A stretch of 63,937 nt of DNA, counting the filler, from Reclinomonas americana ATCC 50394 (lineage: Eukaryota): NCBI GenBank assembly GCA_048213135.1. It is 15 parts of 15 records of this genome, joined end to end, with 100 filler letters (N's around TTAATTAATTAA, not from the genome) between each part and the next. Parts side by side here need not be neighbours in the genome. Positions count along the whole stretch, not along the records: positions 11,573 to 16,128 come from AFZH01019228.1; positions 16,229 to 23,582 come from AFZH01019229.1; positions 23,683 to 25,556 come from AFZH01019230.1; 12 more parts are not named here. One strand, 5' to 3'. Below the pieces are notes generated by a model, which was given only the letters and a program-made list of their open reading frames with translations, made no database searches and had not been told where the DNA came from. The translations under genes were made by a program, and so were the position numbers. This document shows, piece by piece, positions 12,001 through 24,707 of the stretch (within the stretch, counting starts at the first letter, position 1; every line of letters starts with the position of its first letter).

Positions 12001-15000
12001 TTACAGTGTGATGTGCAGGCCACCACGCTGACCAACATGACGCGACATCGTGGAGGTGATTTGATTCTCTCCTCTTCGCTTCTCAATCTCGCGAACAAAC
12101 TCACCCCCTGTTGATGGCAGACGTCGGTGGGTCGGCAGGCCGCCCGATGCTTGTGCAACCGTCGCACGTGCAGATCATGGCCTCTGGTTTGTCTTTACTC
12201 TGTTTTTTTGTTGCCCCTCAGCCTCATTCATCCTCGCTTCCCAATCCCAGCCATTCGTCGAGCCGTGCAAGAGGAAAAGGAGGAGAATAAGCGACTGCTG
12301 CAGTTGCGTTGTGGCAGTGACGTGCTTGCTTCCGCGCTTGAAAGCCTAACCGCCTTCGCTTCATGCAGTCGACTAACCGAGCAGCTGTCGGCTCTGGGTC
12401 TCCGTCGAAGTGTCGCGGAAATGTGTGTGGAATTCATGCTGAGTGGAATGCGAACGGCGACGCAAGATCCGCTCGATCACTGCATTAGTGTGGCAGATGC
12501 GCTGCCGAGCTCCGCCCGTGGCGCTTCGTCGCTTGCCTCATTTTCGATTGCCGCTGACGAGAACATTACGCTGCCACCACCCGCGTCAACGACGACGACG
12601 ACCACAACGACGGCAACGGCGAACAGTGCTTTCACTGATTCCGACGCCGCACAGCAGCGCATCTTGAAGGCGCTGCGGCAAATCAACTTTGCTGTCACTC
12701 GGCGAGTTGACGAAACAGTGGTGGCATCGGTGAGCGTGTCGCGCATGTGTGTGTGCGCACACTTTGTCATGGAATGCCTGACATGCCTGTGCGCTTGTAG
12801 TGTTTTGAAGTGCTGACCGAGGCCTTCAAGTGGCTTGCGGTGTCGGTCGAGGATGCTGTGGTGGCGAGACGGTCGCATTCGGCTGACGGTCCGTCAGCGT
12901 CGTCACTAACTGGTCTCGGCTCGTTGGCCGCCGCCGAACTTCGGCAGCGTGTGGAGTTTGTATTGCACCTGTTGTGCATTCCACCCAGGTGACTCCCTCT
13001 CTTTTCAGGCTTGTTGACTTCAATGTGCGCTCATGGGCATCGCTGTTTTTCCCACGTCGCAGTAAATCGAGCCCGGCTCCGGCGCTCCCGGCAATGTGCG
13101 GTGAGCCGGATATCGGGCGCGATGCGGAGGCGCTCGATCAGCTGGTGTTTAGCGAGTCGGTGGCCAGTCCGTTGTGGGACTCGCAGTTGCGCGTGCGCAG
13201 TGCAGCCTTTCACTGGGGTACGTAGGCTGCGATTTCGCGATGACGTAGATTTACTTGCTGAGATGTCGTCTTGTGCTGTAGGTCCACCACATGCACTTCG
13301 TCGTCGAGTGAGCTGGTGTGTGGACACGTGCGAGGGTGTGCGAGTGATGCGGCGAGCGACGCAGTCGCTTTCGCACGCCGCTCACCTGACGCAGGCCACT
13401 TGCCAGCTGCCAGCCTCCACAATCGCCGGTGAAGTGTCGCTGGGTGGTGAGTTATAATTCTCCTCATCCTTCTTGCTCCTACTGTTGTCCTTGTTGTTGG
13501 TCTTGGTTTTCTTTTTCTTCATCTTCTTGTCTTTTTCTTCTCTCCCCCTCACCTTCTGCGCGTGCGTGTGCCCTTTGCTGTTTATCTTATCCGTGTCGCA
13601 GAGCTTTCGGGCAACGTAAATGCAGCGGCTGTCTCGCTGACGGTGTACGACCTCGCCGACGAGAACATCACTGTGCAAGTCTCCCTCAACGACAACGCCA
13701 TCTCCATGTCGCCGACGTTGCTCGGGTTCTGGGAGAAGTTGGTTTTGGAGCCATTCAACGACGGCAAATCGGTGCGTCAGTCACAGTGTTCTGTCGCATG
13801 CATTGCTTCTCACCCTGCGAGGTGCAGGTATTGTACACGGTGGTGGCGCCCTACACGCCCAGTATCACCACGCTGCTGCGTTCGTTCATGCGCGATGTGA
13901 AGACCGAGTTTGAGGTGTGTCCCGTCCGTGTTCATCGTTGAGAGAGAGAGAGAGAGAGACAGTGTGCTGAAAAGCACCGCAGACACTGCAATTGGGCTCG
14001 CTGCGCCCCCTCGAGATTCCGTGCTTCTGGTCGGGGAACGCGCACCAGCTCGGATCGCCACCTGACAGCATCTACTTGGTCAACACGTCTCCGCCGCCGT
14101 CGCTCTCTGCCGCAAGTACGTCCACAGTCCTAGTAATATAGCGATCCACTGCTAACACGTCGTGGCGCAGATGCTCGAGCGGCCGCCGATGCATGGTTGG
14201 CCGGGTATTGCAGTAAGCTGATGGAGTTCTTCGAGCGTATCAGTTGCGTCGCTTGGCCAACATTTCAAATCTACTGCACACAGCTTCGCTCACTGCGTAT
14301 GTGTGTGTCGGTGAATGTGGCAGAGGAGGATCTCGTGTCGTTTGTGCGGCGCCAGCGAGTGGAGGATTTCATTGGTATCTATGTGGTGGTGCCGTCGTGT
14401 GGTGCTGCCGATTGGGTGCGCGTGCTGCGTACTCTCGCGTCGCTGTGTGCCTCCTGCTGGACTCGTGCGCACCTCGGGGCACGGCTGGTGATCCTGGTGA
14501 GCCTCGGCCTGCCTTTTTTTTCCGTCGATGCATTCCTTCTCACCTCTGCGTTGCCACGCAGCCGATTCCGCTCAACTGGGTCGGCAGTTTTCACGGCCCG
14601 CACCACCGCTCCGTGGCGTTCTCCACTTTCAACAAGTGCCGAGCCGCAATGGCTGCCCATCACATTGCGCTGCACGCACAACAGGGTCGTCCGACTCAGT
14701 CGTACGGAGCCGGTTCGTCGGCCGTGTTGCAGACGACCCCGTCCCCGGTGGCGCCGCTGGGAGTTGCGTGTGCGAATCATGAAGCACGCGCGCACACATG
14801 GCGGTGATTGCTCACACACGCACATGAAAAATGTTTGCCGCACGCAGTTCCGACCCAACAGTCCTTTTTCGCCCATGAATCCCAGTCCGTCGCCGGCGCC
14901 GCACCACGTGAGGGCGCAAGTGGCGGACCGCTCCGTCGCTCGCATTCTCAATCCACTGGGGTACCTGGGAGGTTGGTGCTTGGTGGTGGCAGCAGAGAGA

Positions 15001-16128
15001 TTGCGCATCACCTTTCTCATAACTTGCGTTTGCGCAGCCGAGGCCATTTACTTTGTGCGCGAAGTGGAAATGCGCACACCGCTAATTCCACCCGGCTTTC
15101 CGCGCCCGCCACCGCACTCGGCGCACCCGGGCCACCTGTTGTACGAGCCAGCGGTGGTGCTGCAGGGTGGATCACTGGCAGCGCACTGCCAGGCGCTGCG
15201 AGATGCCAGCGGGTATGTGACTGTGGTGCTGATTTTCATTCTCCACTATTTTTGTTGTTGTTCACGTCTCCTGTTGTGCGCCATACAGCATCAGAGAAGA
15301 GGAAGTGGCTCGAATGTTGCAACCGGATCGTGTGCTCCACGTATGCTACGGTCCGTGCGCGTCCAAGGGCAGCGCTCCCCGGCGGTGGATGTGTGTGGTG
15401 ACAGATCACGAGGGCATCCTGCTGGACAGATTCATGTCGTACTTTTGGTACGGCAATGAGCACCTCACTGACGCACTGTCACGCATGCTTACCCCTCTCT
15501 GTTCTTCGCACAGTGATGTAGCCTGGTTGTGGAGTTGCATATCGTCGGTGCTTCCACAACAGCCGTGTGCTTGGGGTCTGGTGATTGCCAAGTTCGATGA
15601 TGCCATGACGGAGGCCGAGTACCACGGTTTGTGTCATTCATTGCACCAACCATGTCTTGCCATTGAGGCTGCTAATCACGATGATGCAGACTGGTGCACG
15701 TGCTTGGAGATGGTGTCGCTGCAGCCGCTGTCGCTGTCGGCAGAGCGCGACACGCCGTCGAGTCCGCGCAGTCCGCGCGGTTGGAGCGATCCGCGCCCGA
15801 GTACACTGGTATGCGGATCACCTCCCTTTTTGCGGTGTTGTAGTATTATCCGTAGCGTGACCGCTTGTGTTGCGCGCAGGGAACGGCTGCGCTGCAATGG
15901 GCTGTTATTGCCTCGCTGCACCCGACGTCGAATCTCTCGCTGTCGTTCCAAACACCAAAGACATCATCGTCAGCAATGCCTCCGGTCGAAGAAATGGAAG
16001 AGGGCGAAGAGGATCCGCGCTCTCCGACTGCCTTGTCGACGACGTCGTCTGGCACCGCCTCCAAAGGTTTTGTCGCGACGAGTCGGAGACTTCCGACCCC
16101 CGCACTTCCTCACTCACCAGTGCCACAC
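9025..16128 (+). CDS. MED13: Mediator kinase-module subunit Med13 (multi-exon, spans two spacers, both ends incomplete)
   Basis: Spliced exons contain the Med13 MID-domain motif ISMSPTLLGFWEKLVLEPFNDGKSVLYTVVAP...FMRDVKTEFETLQLGSLRP. They also contain the Med13_C motifs LLYEPAVVL, VLHVCYG...RWMCVVTDHEGILLD and LWSCI...AWGLVIAKF, plus a proline-rich linker at 11.4-11.9 kb. Confidence 0.85.
9660..10495 (+). repeat. Intronic tandem repeat (about 6 units of a 60-nt core plus CT microsatellite) in Med13
   Basis: Core GAGGATGCTCTTGCCACTCAACATGC.GGTTGTCTCTTGCATGCAGCGCGCTCATTGAC recurs near 9678, 9877 (partial), 10022, 10208, 10343 and 10458. Confidence 0.85.
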
Positions 16129-16354
16129 NNNNNNNNNNNNNNNNNNNNNNNNNNNNNNNNNNNNNNNNNNNNTTAATTAATTAANNNNNNNNNNNNNNNN
16201 NNNNNNNNNNNNNNNNNNNNNNNNNNNNTAGAGAGGAAACAGTGCGAAAGTCAGCTTCCCAAGAAATCAGTAATACTCGGTTTGTTGCGACCGCAAAAAA
16301 AACACTTACTCGGCCGGGAACATCACCACCATCCCCCCACTATCGCACACCCGG

Positions 16355-19300
16355 TTACATGGAGAAAGAGGAGGACGACGAGGAGATCGACACCGATGAA
16401 GAGGCCGCCGGCTCAGTGGGCACACTAAGCGCGATCTCCTCGAACAGTCTGCGAATGTCTTCGTGCGCCGTCGGTTGCGTGAAATGCGCCGAGTGTGCCA
16501 CACACGTCTCGCGTACGTGCGTGAGGAATGCGTCGAGTTCGCGCACCTCGGTCTCGGCCTTGCCCAGGTTGCGTGTGAGGATGCGGATCTGGGAGCGGAA
16601 CACAGGGAGTGAGGAACAGGAGGTCATCATAATTGTTGTTACACAGCACATGAGGGAAACCTTCTTCTCGCCGTGCTCCTTGTATTGCGTGGCCCACTTG
16701 CGCAGCGCCTCGATCTCGTCCTTCAGCTGCTGAATGGTCTTTTCATGGGCATTCAGCTTGATTGTGAGAGCCGACACCTGCAGTACAACGCATGAGACGT
16801 CAGCAGGTTGCACCAGGAGATTGCACTTACTGTCGAATGCACACAAACCTCGCGGTCAGCCGCCAGCTTCTCCTGCTGCAGTTGTGCAAACTCGGCCTGC
16901 GGAGACGACTCCTTCTTGCAGGTCATTACCAAGATATCCATCTCCAACACCAGTTCCTCCTGCGCATGGATGGGCGTGAGTCCATACGCATGCTCGCGCG
17001 TGAAGAGAAGCACGCTCGCAAGTCTCTCACCTTTTCGTTCTTGGCAATCTCCAGCTCGGTCTCCAACTCGGTGATGCGATCCTCGAGCTCCTTGGCGCGC
17101 TTGATGGCCGACTCGCGCGCTGCATTGAGCTCCTTGTGAGCGTCCATCAGCTGCCGTCCGACCTCCTTGGATTGTGTCTCCTGCGCGGAATAAGAATCGT
17201 GAGAAATATGTATGAATACGTCAGGGAGCAGACGTATGCGTGGCCAACCATTTCTGCCGCCTGGCGCTGCGCCTCGGTCTTTTGCTTGATGGCGTCCGCT
17301 TGTGCCTGGCGCATCTTGCTAATCTCCTCGGCCGCCTTCTTCAGCGACTTTTGCCGATCTGCCATCAACGACTGCATCTCCGACAACAGGGCCTCTTCGC
17401 GGCTCTTCACCTGTGTTTCCGCAAAGCACGCAGTGTCAGCAAATATGCGTGTCGTGCTTGTCTTTCAGTCTGCGCGACTGACCTCCTGCAACTGCTTCTG
17501 CATTGCCTCCAATTCAGCGTCATGCGCCACTGCAACCGTGCGTGATTGCGCTTCGACAGCCTCACGGAACTGCCATCACAGAGAGAGAGACAACTCAGAA
17601 TCCGATCGGCAATTGTCAAGCATTGGCATGCTCGCGACTCACCGAGACCGCCGCCCGTTCCAGCACTTCGACATTCAGCAGCACCTCCTGTCGGCTAGCC
17701 TCCACTGCGCGCAGTTGCTCCGACAGCTCGGCGTTGTCTCGAGTGTACTGTTCGATCTGCGCCTTTTGCTCCACGACACGCGATCTCAACTCGTCCGTCT
17801 CCTGACGCAGCTGCGTCTCGGCGGCCGACAATTCAGCCGAAGATCTTTGCAGCAGCGCTTGAGCCTCAGTGAGCCGGTGCACAGTGGCGTCGGCGGCATC
17901 GGCACGCGCGGCGGCCTCCTTCAGTTGCGACTCCAGCGCACACACTCGCTCGTCGGTGTCCTGCGTCGACTTGGCAAGCTCGACCTGAGCCTCGGTCAGC
18001 TGCTGCTGCAGTGCGTCACGTGCTCCGCTGGCCACCGCCAGTTGCTGCTCGATGATCTGCTGCCGGTCTTCCTTTTCTTCGAGGAGGATCTGTGTGGCAG
18101 GACAAGAAGCAAGCAACTCAGTCAGTCAGCTTTGCCGAATTTCATGTCGTGAGTAAAACAGGCAGCTTCTCACCTCGAGTTCATCGCGACGCTGCGTGGC
18201 GGCCAGCAACGAGGCCGTCTTCTCGCGAATGGTGGCATACAGAGTCTCTACCGTGGTGGTTGATTCGTCGAGCTGCGTTGTCAGCGTGTGCACACGCTCG
18301 CGCAGGCTGCCAACCTCCTCTTGCAGGCTCGTGTTGTTGAGCATCAGCGTGTCCATCTCCTGCTCCACTCCCTGGCATTGCAAAATAGCACAGCGTTAGT
18401 TTGATACAGGGAAAGGATTACCATGATTGTCGCGCACCTCCTTCTCGCGCAGCGTCTTCTCCAGTGCACTCTGATGCTCCGACTTGGACTCGATGGTCTC
18501 CTGTGCTCGGCTCAGTCGCTCCTGCAGCGCCTCGACCTGCTGCTCCGCCGCACTGGCGGTTCGGCGAGCATGCTCGACAGCCTTCTCCGACTGCGCAAGC
18601 AGAGTCAGGAACAACGGTCAGCAGCGCAATACGCACACTCCGCACTGGCGCACCTCTTGGATTGTGGCTTCGTGCTTGCACAACAGCGTCTGCACCTCGA
18701 CATAGCGCGACTCCAGATCCAACAACTCCTCGACCTTCTTCTGCAGCACAGTCGTCAGTCCGTCGTACTGCTCTTGTTGCTCTTGCAGCTTGGCAGCGCT
18801 GTGTGTGATGCACAAAATACAGTGAGTCACCATGATGCACGATGCACGAGTATATATGTACACGCAACAGCTCGGACACGCCGGCCTCGGAAGACACCAT
18901 GCGAGTGCGTTCGGTACGAATTTGCATCTGCAAGTCCGACACTTGCATCTGTGCGCTCTCGAACGACACTTGCAGCTCCTGCACACACACACCATCAGTA
19001 TCGTAGTGCACGCAGCATCTGACGCCTCATATTATCGCACCTTGTAGGCTCTCTTGAGGAGAGCATTCCGCTCCTGCATGGTGCTGTTGTTGGCGCGCAA
19101 TGTGCTGTTCTCCTCCTCGGACGACAGCAAGCGCCTGTCGGCAATCGCCAGCGACTCATTGGTGAACTCCTGCAGCGCCATCAAGCGCTGCTCGGCCACC
19201 ACTTGACGGCAGATGCTGCTTGCTGCAGCGTCAGCCAAGTCGGTACGGGTGGCAAACAGCTCTTGTTCCAGAGCCACGCGCTCGGCCTGTGATTTGAAAC

Positions 19301-22300
19301 AAGGTGGTCAGCAGCTGGCACAACAATGTTGATGAATATGATGAACTGGCATGGTCGCAACGATGGCCTGTCCCAGATCACTCTGCACGCTCACAATCGA
19401 CTCCTCCGCCTGCGACTTGAACGATGCGAATTCGTCCTCTGTCGCCGCCAGTGTCTCACGCATGCGAGCCAGTTGTTGCTGTGATGGAGGCGGGTGAGAG
19501 AGATTCAAAACAAGTCTCGCAATAGCACCATGGCTCACCTCCAGGTCAGCAATCAGCTCCTGGTTGACCTCCTTCTCCTCTGCTGCAAACTCGGACAGTT
19601 CGCGCTGCGAATGACAGGTGAGACATCATCTTCTTTCAGAAAAGGGGGGATGGGCACGCACATGTGCTTGTCGCTCCGTGTCGAGATCGTTCTTCAGGCG
19701 GTCCACCTCACTCGCCAAGAATGCCACTTGCTCCGCCTCACTCTCCACCTGCTCCTTGCGCTCGCGAAGCTGCTCGCCAAACTGACGCCAGTCGGCAAGC
19801 TCCAGAGCCTATTCGTACTTGTCGTGAGATACGCAGCCGACAAGACGGCGCCCTTGTGCGTGTGAACTATGCCCAAACCTCCTCCTCACGCCGTGTGCAC
19901 TCCTCCGCGTACACCATCATCTTGGCGTCCCACAGCGCACGATCGACGCAGAACCGAATGCTGTCTGCGTCGCGAGCAGTCTGCACTGCGCGGAGAGCCT
20001 CGCTAGCCTCACGCGCCGTGTCTTGAACGGTAATCAACTGTGCGCAGCGTCGAGCTCGGTGAGTCTTCGCGGCCTCCAATAAGATCCTTGTTGACGAGAG
20101 AATTCCCGCAAACCTGCTGCTGCAAGCCCTCAATCCGTTCCTGCAGAGTGGCAATCTCCTCGCGGGCCTCGTTCACCTCGCGGAACATGTTGCCTTGCTC
20201 GTTGGTCATGTTGGCAATCTCTTGCAACAGGGCTGCGCGCGACACCTGGTTGATAATCAATATTCCGTGCATGTCGAGCAAACGGCGCGCACCTTGCTTG
20301 TCGCTCTCCACCACACTCGACACGAGCGCAATCTCGCCCTGCAGAGCCAGTTTGTCATCCTCCAGAGACTCGATGGTCATTTGCATCTCGTCACGCAAGT
20401 TGGCCAGCACTTGGTTGTCCTGTAAAGTACAGTAGGTATGCAAAGCAACGGCGGCCTGAGGCTCGTACACAATACGCACCTGCTCCAGTGCGTCGCTGCG
20501 CTCCGAGAGCACCGTCACGCGGTCTGTGAGGCTCTCAATCGTCTCGTACGCAAATGTCTGGCGCACAAGCAGGTCCTGCACTTGCATGTGGGCCGTGGCC
20601 AGCAGACGCTGATGCTCCTCGTCCACAATGCGCACGCCGGAAGCGTGCTCCAACTGCGCTCGCAGTGATACAATCTCCTCACCCAGTTCCTGCTGCGTGG
20701 AGAGCAGCACCTCGGCGCTCGCCTGCGGAGAGAGAAAGGTGCGTTCAGTTTGTCGATGATACACGCTTGAAGTGAAAGGTAAATCATCGCACCGTCACGA
20801 CAGACTCGAACTCGGCAGTCATCTGCACAAGTTCGTTGCTCTCGGCTGCGGCCTTCAATGCCAAGTCGAGTTTCTCTTGCAGGGCGTATTTGTCGCCAAT
20901 GGCCGTCAAGTAGCGTTGCTTGTAGTTGTCGTACTGTGTGTGCATTCGGCGTCAGTGTCAACGGAGAATGAGCAACACGAGCCGTCACTGCGATACACAC
21001 CTGGAATTCGTCGCGCAGCTCCGCCATCTCCTTCTTGTGCTTCTTGTGCATCTTGCGCAAGTCCTCCTCCAGTGTGCGGTAGTTGGTGTGCAGGTCGTCG
21101 GCACGTTTCCTCCAGTGCTTCACTTGCTCTGTGGCGCGCATCAGCTGTCAGTATGTGCACAGCGCACCGCGCGACAACAAGGAATTAGACGCACCCTCAG
21201 CCTCTCCCACTCGACCGTCTGCCGACGAGGCCACCTCCTGGGCGGCCTTGAGTTGCACGCCCATTGCCGCGGCTTCGTCCGCTCGCTCGGCCACTTCACG
21301 CATCAATTCTTCCACTCGCTGCTGCAGGTGAGCGTTGGCATCGAGGAGTGCCTGTCGCTGCTCGGCAAAGGCCTCTTGGGCGCTTGCCGAAACGACTGTC
21401 AATTTGCTCTCCAGCCTACGATGGAAGCGAGTGTCAGAGGCATGACGCGAGAGAAACGTGGGGATCGAGACGGAACTCGCGAATCGCCGCATCGCGCTGT
21501 GCAATCACCACGTCGCGCTGGGTGGCCAGCTGAGTCGCGTCGTGCGCTGTGGCCTCCAACAACGCCTTGGTCTACGCCAAGCCGCGCGCGCGTAAGTGGA
21601 ACGGAGAAATAGCAGACATGCCAGAAAAACCACTTGCCTGTGAGAGGTGCGCGAGTTGCTGCTGCAGCTCCGTGTTCTCCTCGCGGAGCATCTGATTGCG
21701 AATGTTCATGCTCTCCAGTCGCTCCTTCATGTGATCGGGGCTGCCACAGGGTCAAGCAATGTCAACAACCTAGGAATCAAGAGGTATTTTTGCGCTATCG
21801 TGTACCTGCAGTCAAAGTCGTCCGGCAACGATGCGCTGGCAGATTTTAGCGGCCGTGTGGGCGTCTCTGTCGCTCTGCTCGTCTCTTGCTTTTGTCCCTG
21901 CTCCGCGATTTGTGCCAGTGCCTCGTCGAGTTGTTGGCGCAAGACCTGTTCATTGGGGGAAACATGAGCCTTGTCCCTCCATGAGTCGGCGACACGAGTA
22001 CCCTCAGTTACCTTGCATTCCTCGACCCTGGTTGCCAGCTGCGAGGCCACGTCGTCTTGCGAAGTACCAGCATTACGTTGGAGTTCCTATGCATGTGAAC
22101 AGTAAGAGGTGGCGAAAAAACAATCAAATGGCTGTGCCTTGTCGCCACACACCTCATTCTCGGCCTTGAGCGTGGCGATTTCGGCACGAGCGTTCATAAA
22201 GCTCTCCGCAGCCTCCTTGTACTTGTCCGTAGCCGCACGATACTGCGCCTGCACCGCCGCCGTACGCTCGGCCGCCTGCGCCAGTTCCTCACGCAGAGCT

Positions 22301-22883
22301 TCAATCGACGCATCGCGTTCCGCCACCGTGCCCTCCAGCTGCGCCGTGCGGCTCATCAACTCGGTCACCCGCTGCGTCTTCGACACGTACTTGATGTAGA
22401 GCTGACGACCCTCCTCCTTGATCGACTCGTACTCCTCCCTGAAAGCCTCCACATTGTCGCGCTCGTTGATCAGATGCGTCGACAGCTCCTTGATGCGCGC
22501 TCGCAGCTCCGTCACGTCGCCGCCCTTCTCTTCTTCCGCCTCCTCCTCCTCCTCTTCCTCCTCCAGCACTGTAAACGGCGCAGGCGACGCACCCACGCCC
22601 ACCACACTGCTGCCTCCTGGAGTGCGACGATGCAAAGGCACACCGAGTGGCGTCGATGCGCTCGCCGGCGAAAACAGCGACGAAGCAGCGCAGCCGGGCG
22701 ACTTGCGACGCACTCCAGTTGCACTCGGGCTGCCCTTGGTGGGTGTCACCTTGGGTTATGTAGACGCACAAAAACACACGCACAAGAGTGAGCACAGAAG
22801 ACTTTCTCTCATACTGTCTCTGTTTGTGTTACCTGATGCGGCACCGGTGCAAACACATTCTCCTTCTCCTCCAGCTCACTCAT
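16355..22883 (-). CDS. Very long multi-exon coiled-coil protein with N-terminal KEN motif and S/T-P sites
   Basis: ATG at 22883 gives MSELEEKENVFAPVPHQ|VTPTKGSPSATGVRRKSPG. More than 20 GT-AG-bounded exons rich in E/Q/L/A/K heptads follow, and the last exon ends ...SSSSSFSM* at 16355. Confidence 0.8.
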
Positions 22884-23027
22884 CGCTCACACACGCACAC
22901 ACACAAGAGAGCGGAAGTCGACTCCACTCCTCTCACACGAACAGTGAAATGCAAGGCGAACGTTACAACGGTACATTTGCGATGACTCATCCCTTCAATC
23001 TGTCCTCTCATATCTCTCTCTCCATCC

Positions 23028-23249
23028 ATGGCGTTTCCGCACTCACTGCTCTCTGCGGGAACGCGTGTGAGCAGTGGACGTGAGTGTGTGTTGCAGAGTT
23101 GCGCACCTGCTTCTTTGCTTTTGTTCTTTGTGGATTATTGATTGATTTCGTAAATATCTCAGATATCGCCGAATGTGAGGGAGTGTCGCAGCGATTGCAG
23201 AGTATGTTGGGTCCGCGTGGGCGAGATAAGTTGTTGGTGGAGGCGGATG
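23028..23249 (+). CDS. 5' exons of a divergent group II chaperonin (CCT/TCP-1 family or chaperonin-like); remainder presumably in the gap
   Basis: Exons 23028-23079 and 23163-23249 splice to MAFPHSLLSAGTRVSSGHIAECEGVSQRLQSMLGPRGRDKLLVEADG, containing the chaperonin LGPRGxDK motif. Confidence 0.7.
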
Positions 23250-23523
23250 GTAAATGGGGAGAAGGAGGACAAGGGGGCAAGGGAGGGAGAGAGAGAGAGG
23301 AGAGGAGAGGCGAAGGTGAGAGAGAATATAAGAGAAGGAAGAGAGAAAGAGAAGAGGAGAGAAAGAGGAGAGGAGAGGAGAAGTGCATGAGAGAGGGCGA
23401 GACAGAATGCAAGGGAAGACAAGGATGGGAAAGTGAGTTGGAGAAGGATGGTGAAGGGAGGAGAGGGAAGGGAGGAGAGAGAAGACAAGGGTGAGTGCGA
23501 GATGAAGGGAATGGGAAGGGTGG

Positions 23524-23573
<50 letters not shown>

Positions 23574-23682
23574 ACGCGTCGTNNNNNNNNNNNNNNNNNN
23601 NNNNNNNNNNNNNNNNNNNNNNNNNNTTAATTAATTAANNNNNNNNNNNNNNNNNNNNNNNNNNNNNNNNNNNNNNNNNNNN

Positions 23683-23757
<75 letters not shown>

Positions 23758-23779
23758 CCCTTGTCCCGTGACTACTTAT

Positions 23780-24325
23780 GTCTCCTTTTCTGTCTTTCCT
23801 TTCCCCGACACCTCGACCTGCGTGTCTCAGTCTCGTTCTGGTTGCGCTCGCTGTTGAGTTCTCTGTGCATGTCCTCTCTCTCCCCCAACCCTTGATCCTT
23901 CTTCTGTCTCTTCTCGCTCATATGTCCACTGCAGTTTTCTCCTCCTCCTGTCCTCAGTTTCCCCAGCCCGCTAACATATCTGCTCGCTATTTTGTTCCCT
24001 TCTTTTCCACTCTTCCCCATCTCATCGCGTGACATTCGGTTTTCCTCCACTCTCTATTCTCGCTCTTTGATCCACTGCAGTTTCTCCTCCTGTCCTCAGT
24101 TTCCCCAGCCCGCTAACCTATCCGCTCGCTATTTTGTTCCCTTCTCTTCCACTCTCCCCCAACCCTTGATCCTTCTTCTGACTTCTTCTCTGTTCTCGCT
24201 CTGTGATCCACTGCAGTTTCTCCTCCTCCTGTCCTCCTTTTCCCACGACACTTGCCCTGCGTGTCTCAATCTCGTTCTCTTTGCGCTCGCTGTCGATTCT
24301 CTGTGCAAGGCCTCTCTCTCCCACC
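23780..24325 (+). repeat. Intronic nested direct repeats
   Basis: ACTGCAGTTT...CAGCCCGCTAAC.TATC.GCTCGCTATTTTGTTCCCTT occurs at about 23928 and 24073. CCTGCGTGTCTCA.TCTCGTTCT..TTGCGCTCGCTGT occurs at about 23817 and 24256. Confidence 0.8.
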
Positions 24326-24386
24326 TACCTCTGCCCTCAATTCCTTACACCCACCTCCTTCGCCAATCCCTTCCCCTGCCTCACAG

Positions 24387-24547
24387 GCGACACCCTGTCC
24401 GTCGGCGCCAACGCTGGCTGGAACCAGGCCGAGGGCGCCAACGCTGGCGTCGGTACGTCACACCTCTCCCTCTCCCACCTCCCTCCCTCCCTCCGCCCTC
24501 TCACTTCCTCCCCCCTTCTCCACACAGGTGTGACCTTCTCGTGGTAA
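24387..24547 (+). CDS. Last two exons of a gene ending in an amphipathic beta-hairpin (GDTLSVGANAGWNQAEGANAGVGVTFSW*)
   Basis: Exons 24387-24452 (cag|...|gtacgt) and 24528-24547 (cag|...TAA) join in frame. They form GC3-rich coding islands inside pyrimidine tracts. Confidence 0.7.
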
Positions 24548-24707
24548 CTCGTGCAACAATGTGTTTTTCTTGGCATTTTTTCACTCCCTCTTCAACCACC
24601 AAACCCCCCTTTTCCCCCGACGAACCCATCCACTTCCCGTTGAAAATTCTCTCTTTGGCTTCACCGCACGCGAATGAAGACAAGAGGCGGGAGTTGATGG
24701 ATCCGTC

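Noticed and set aside
23163..24547. Direct splice of the chaperonin exon to the beta-hairpin exons (phases are compatible)
   Set aside because: A gap of unknown size lies between them and other gaps clearly hide coding exons. Phase match has a one-in-three chance and the product would lack the chaperonin NDG motif. Left unresolved and not claimed.
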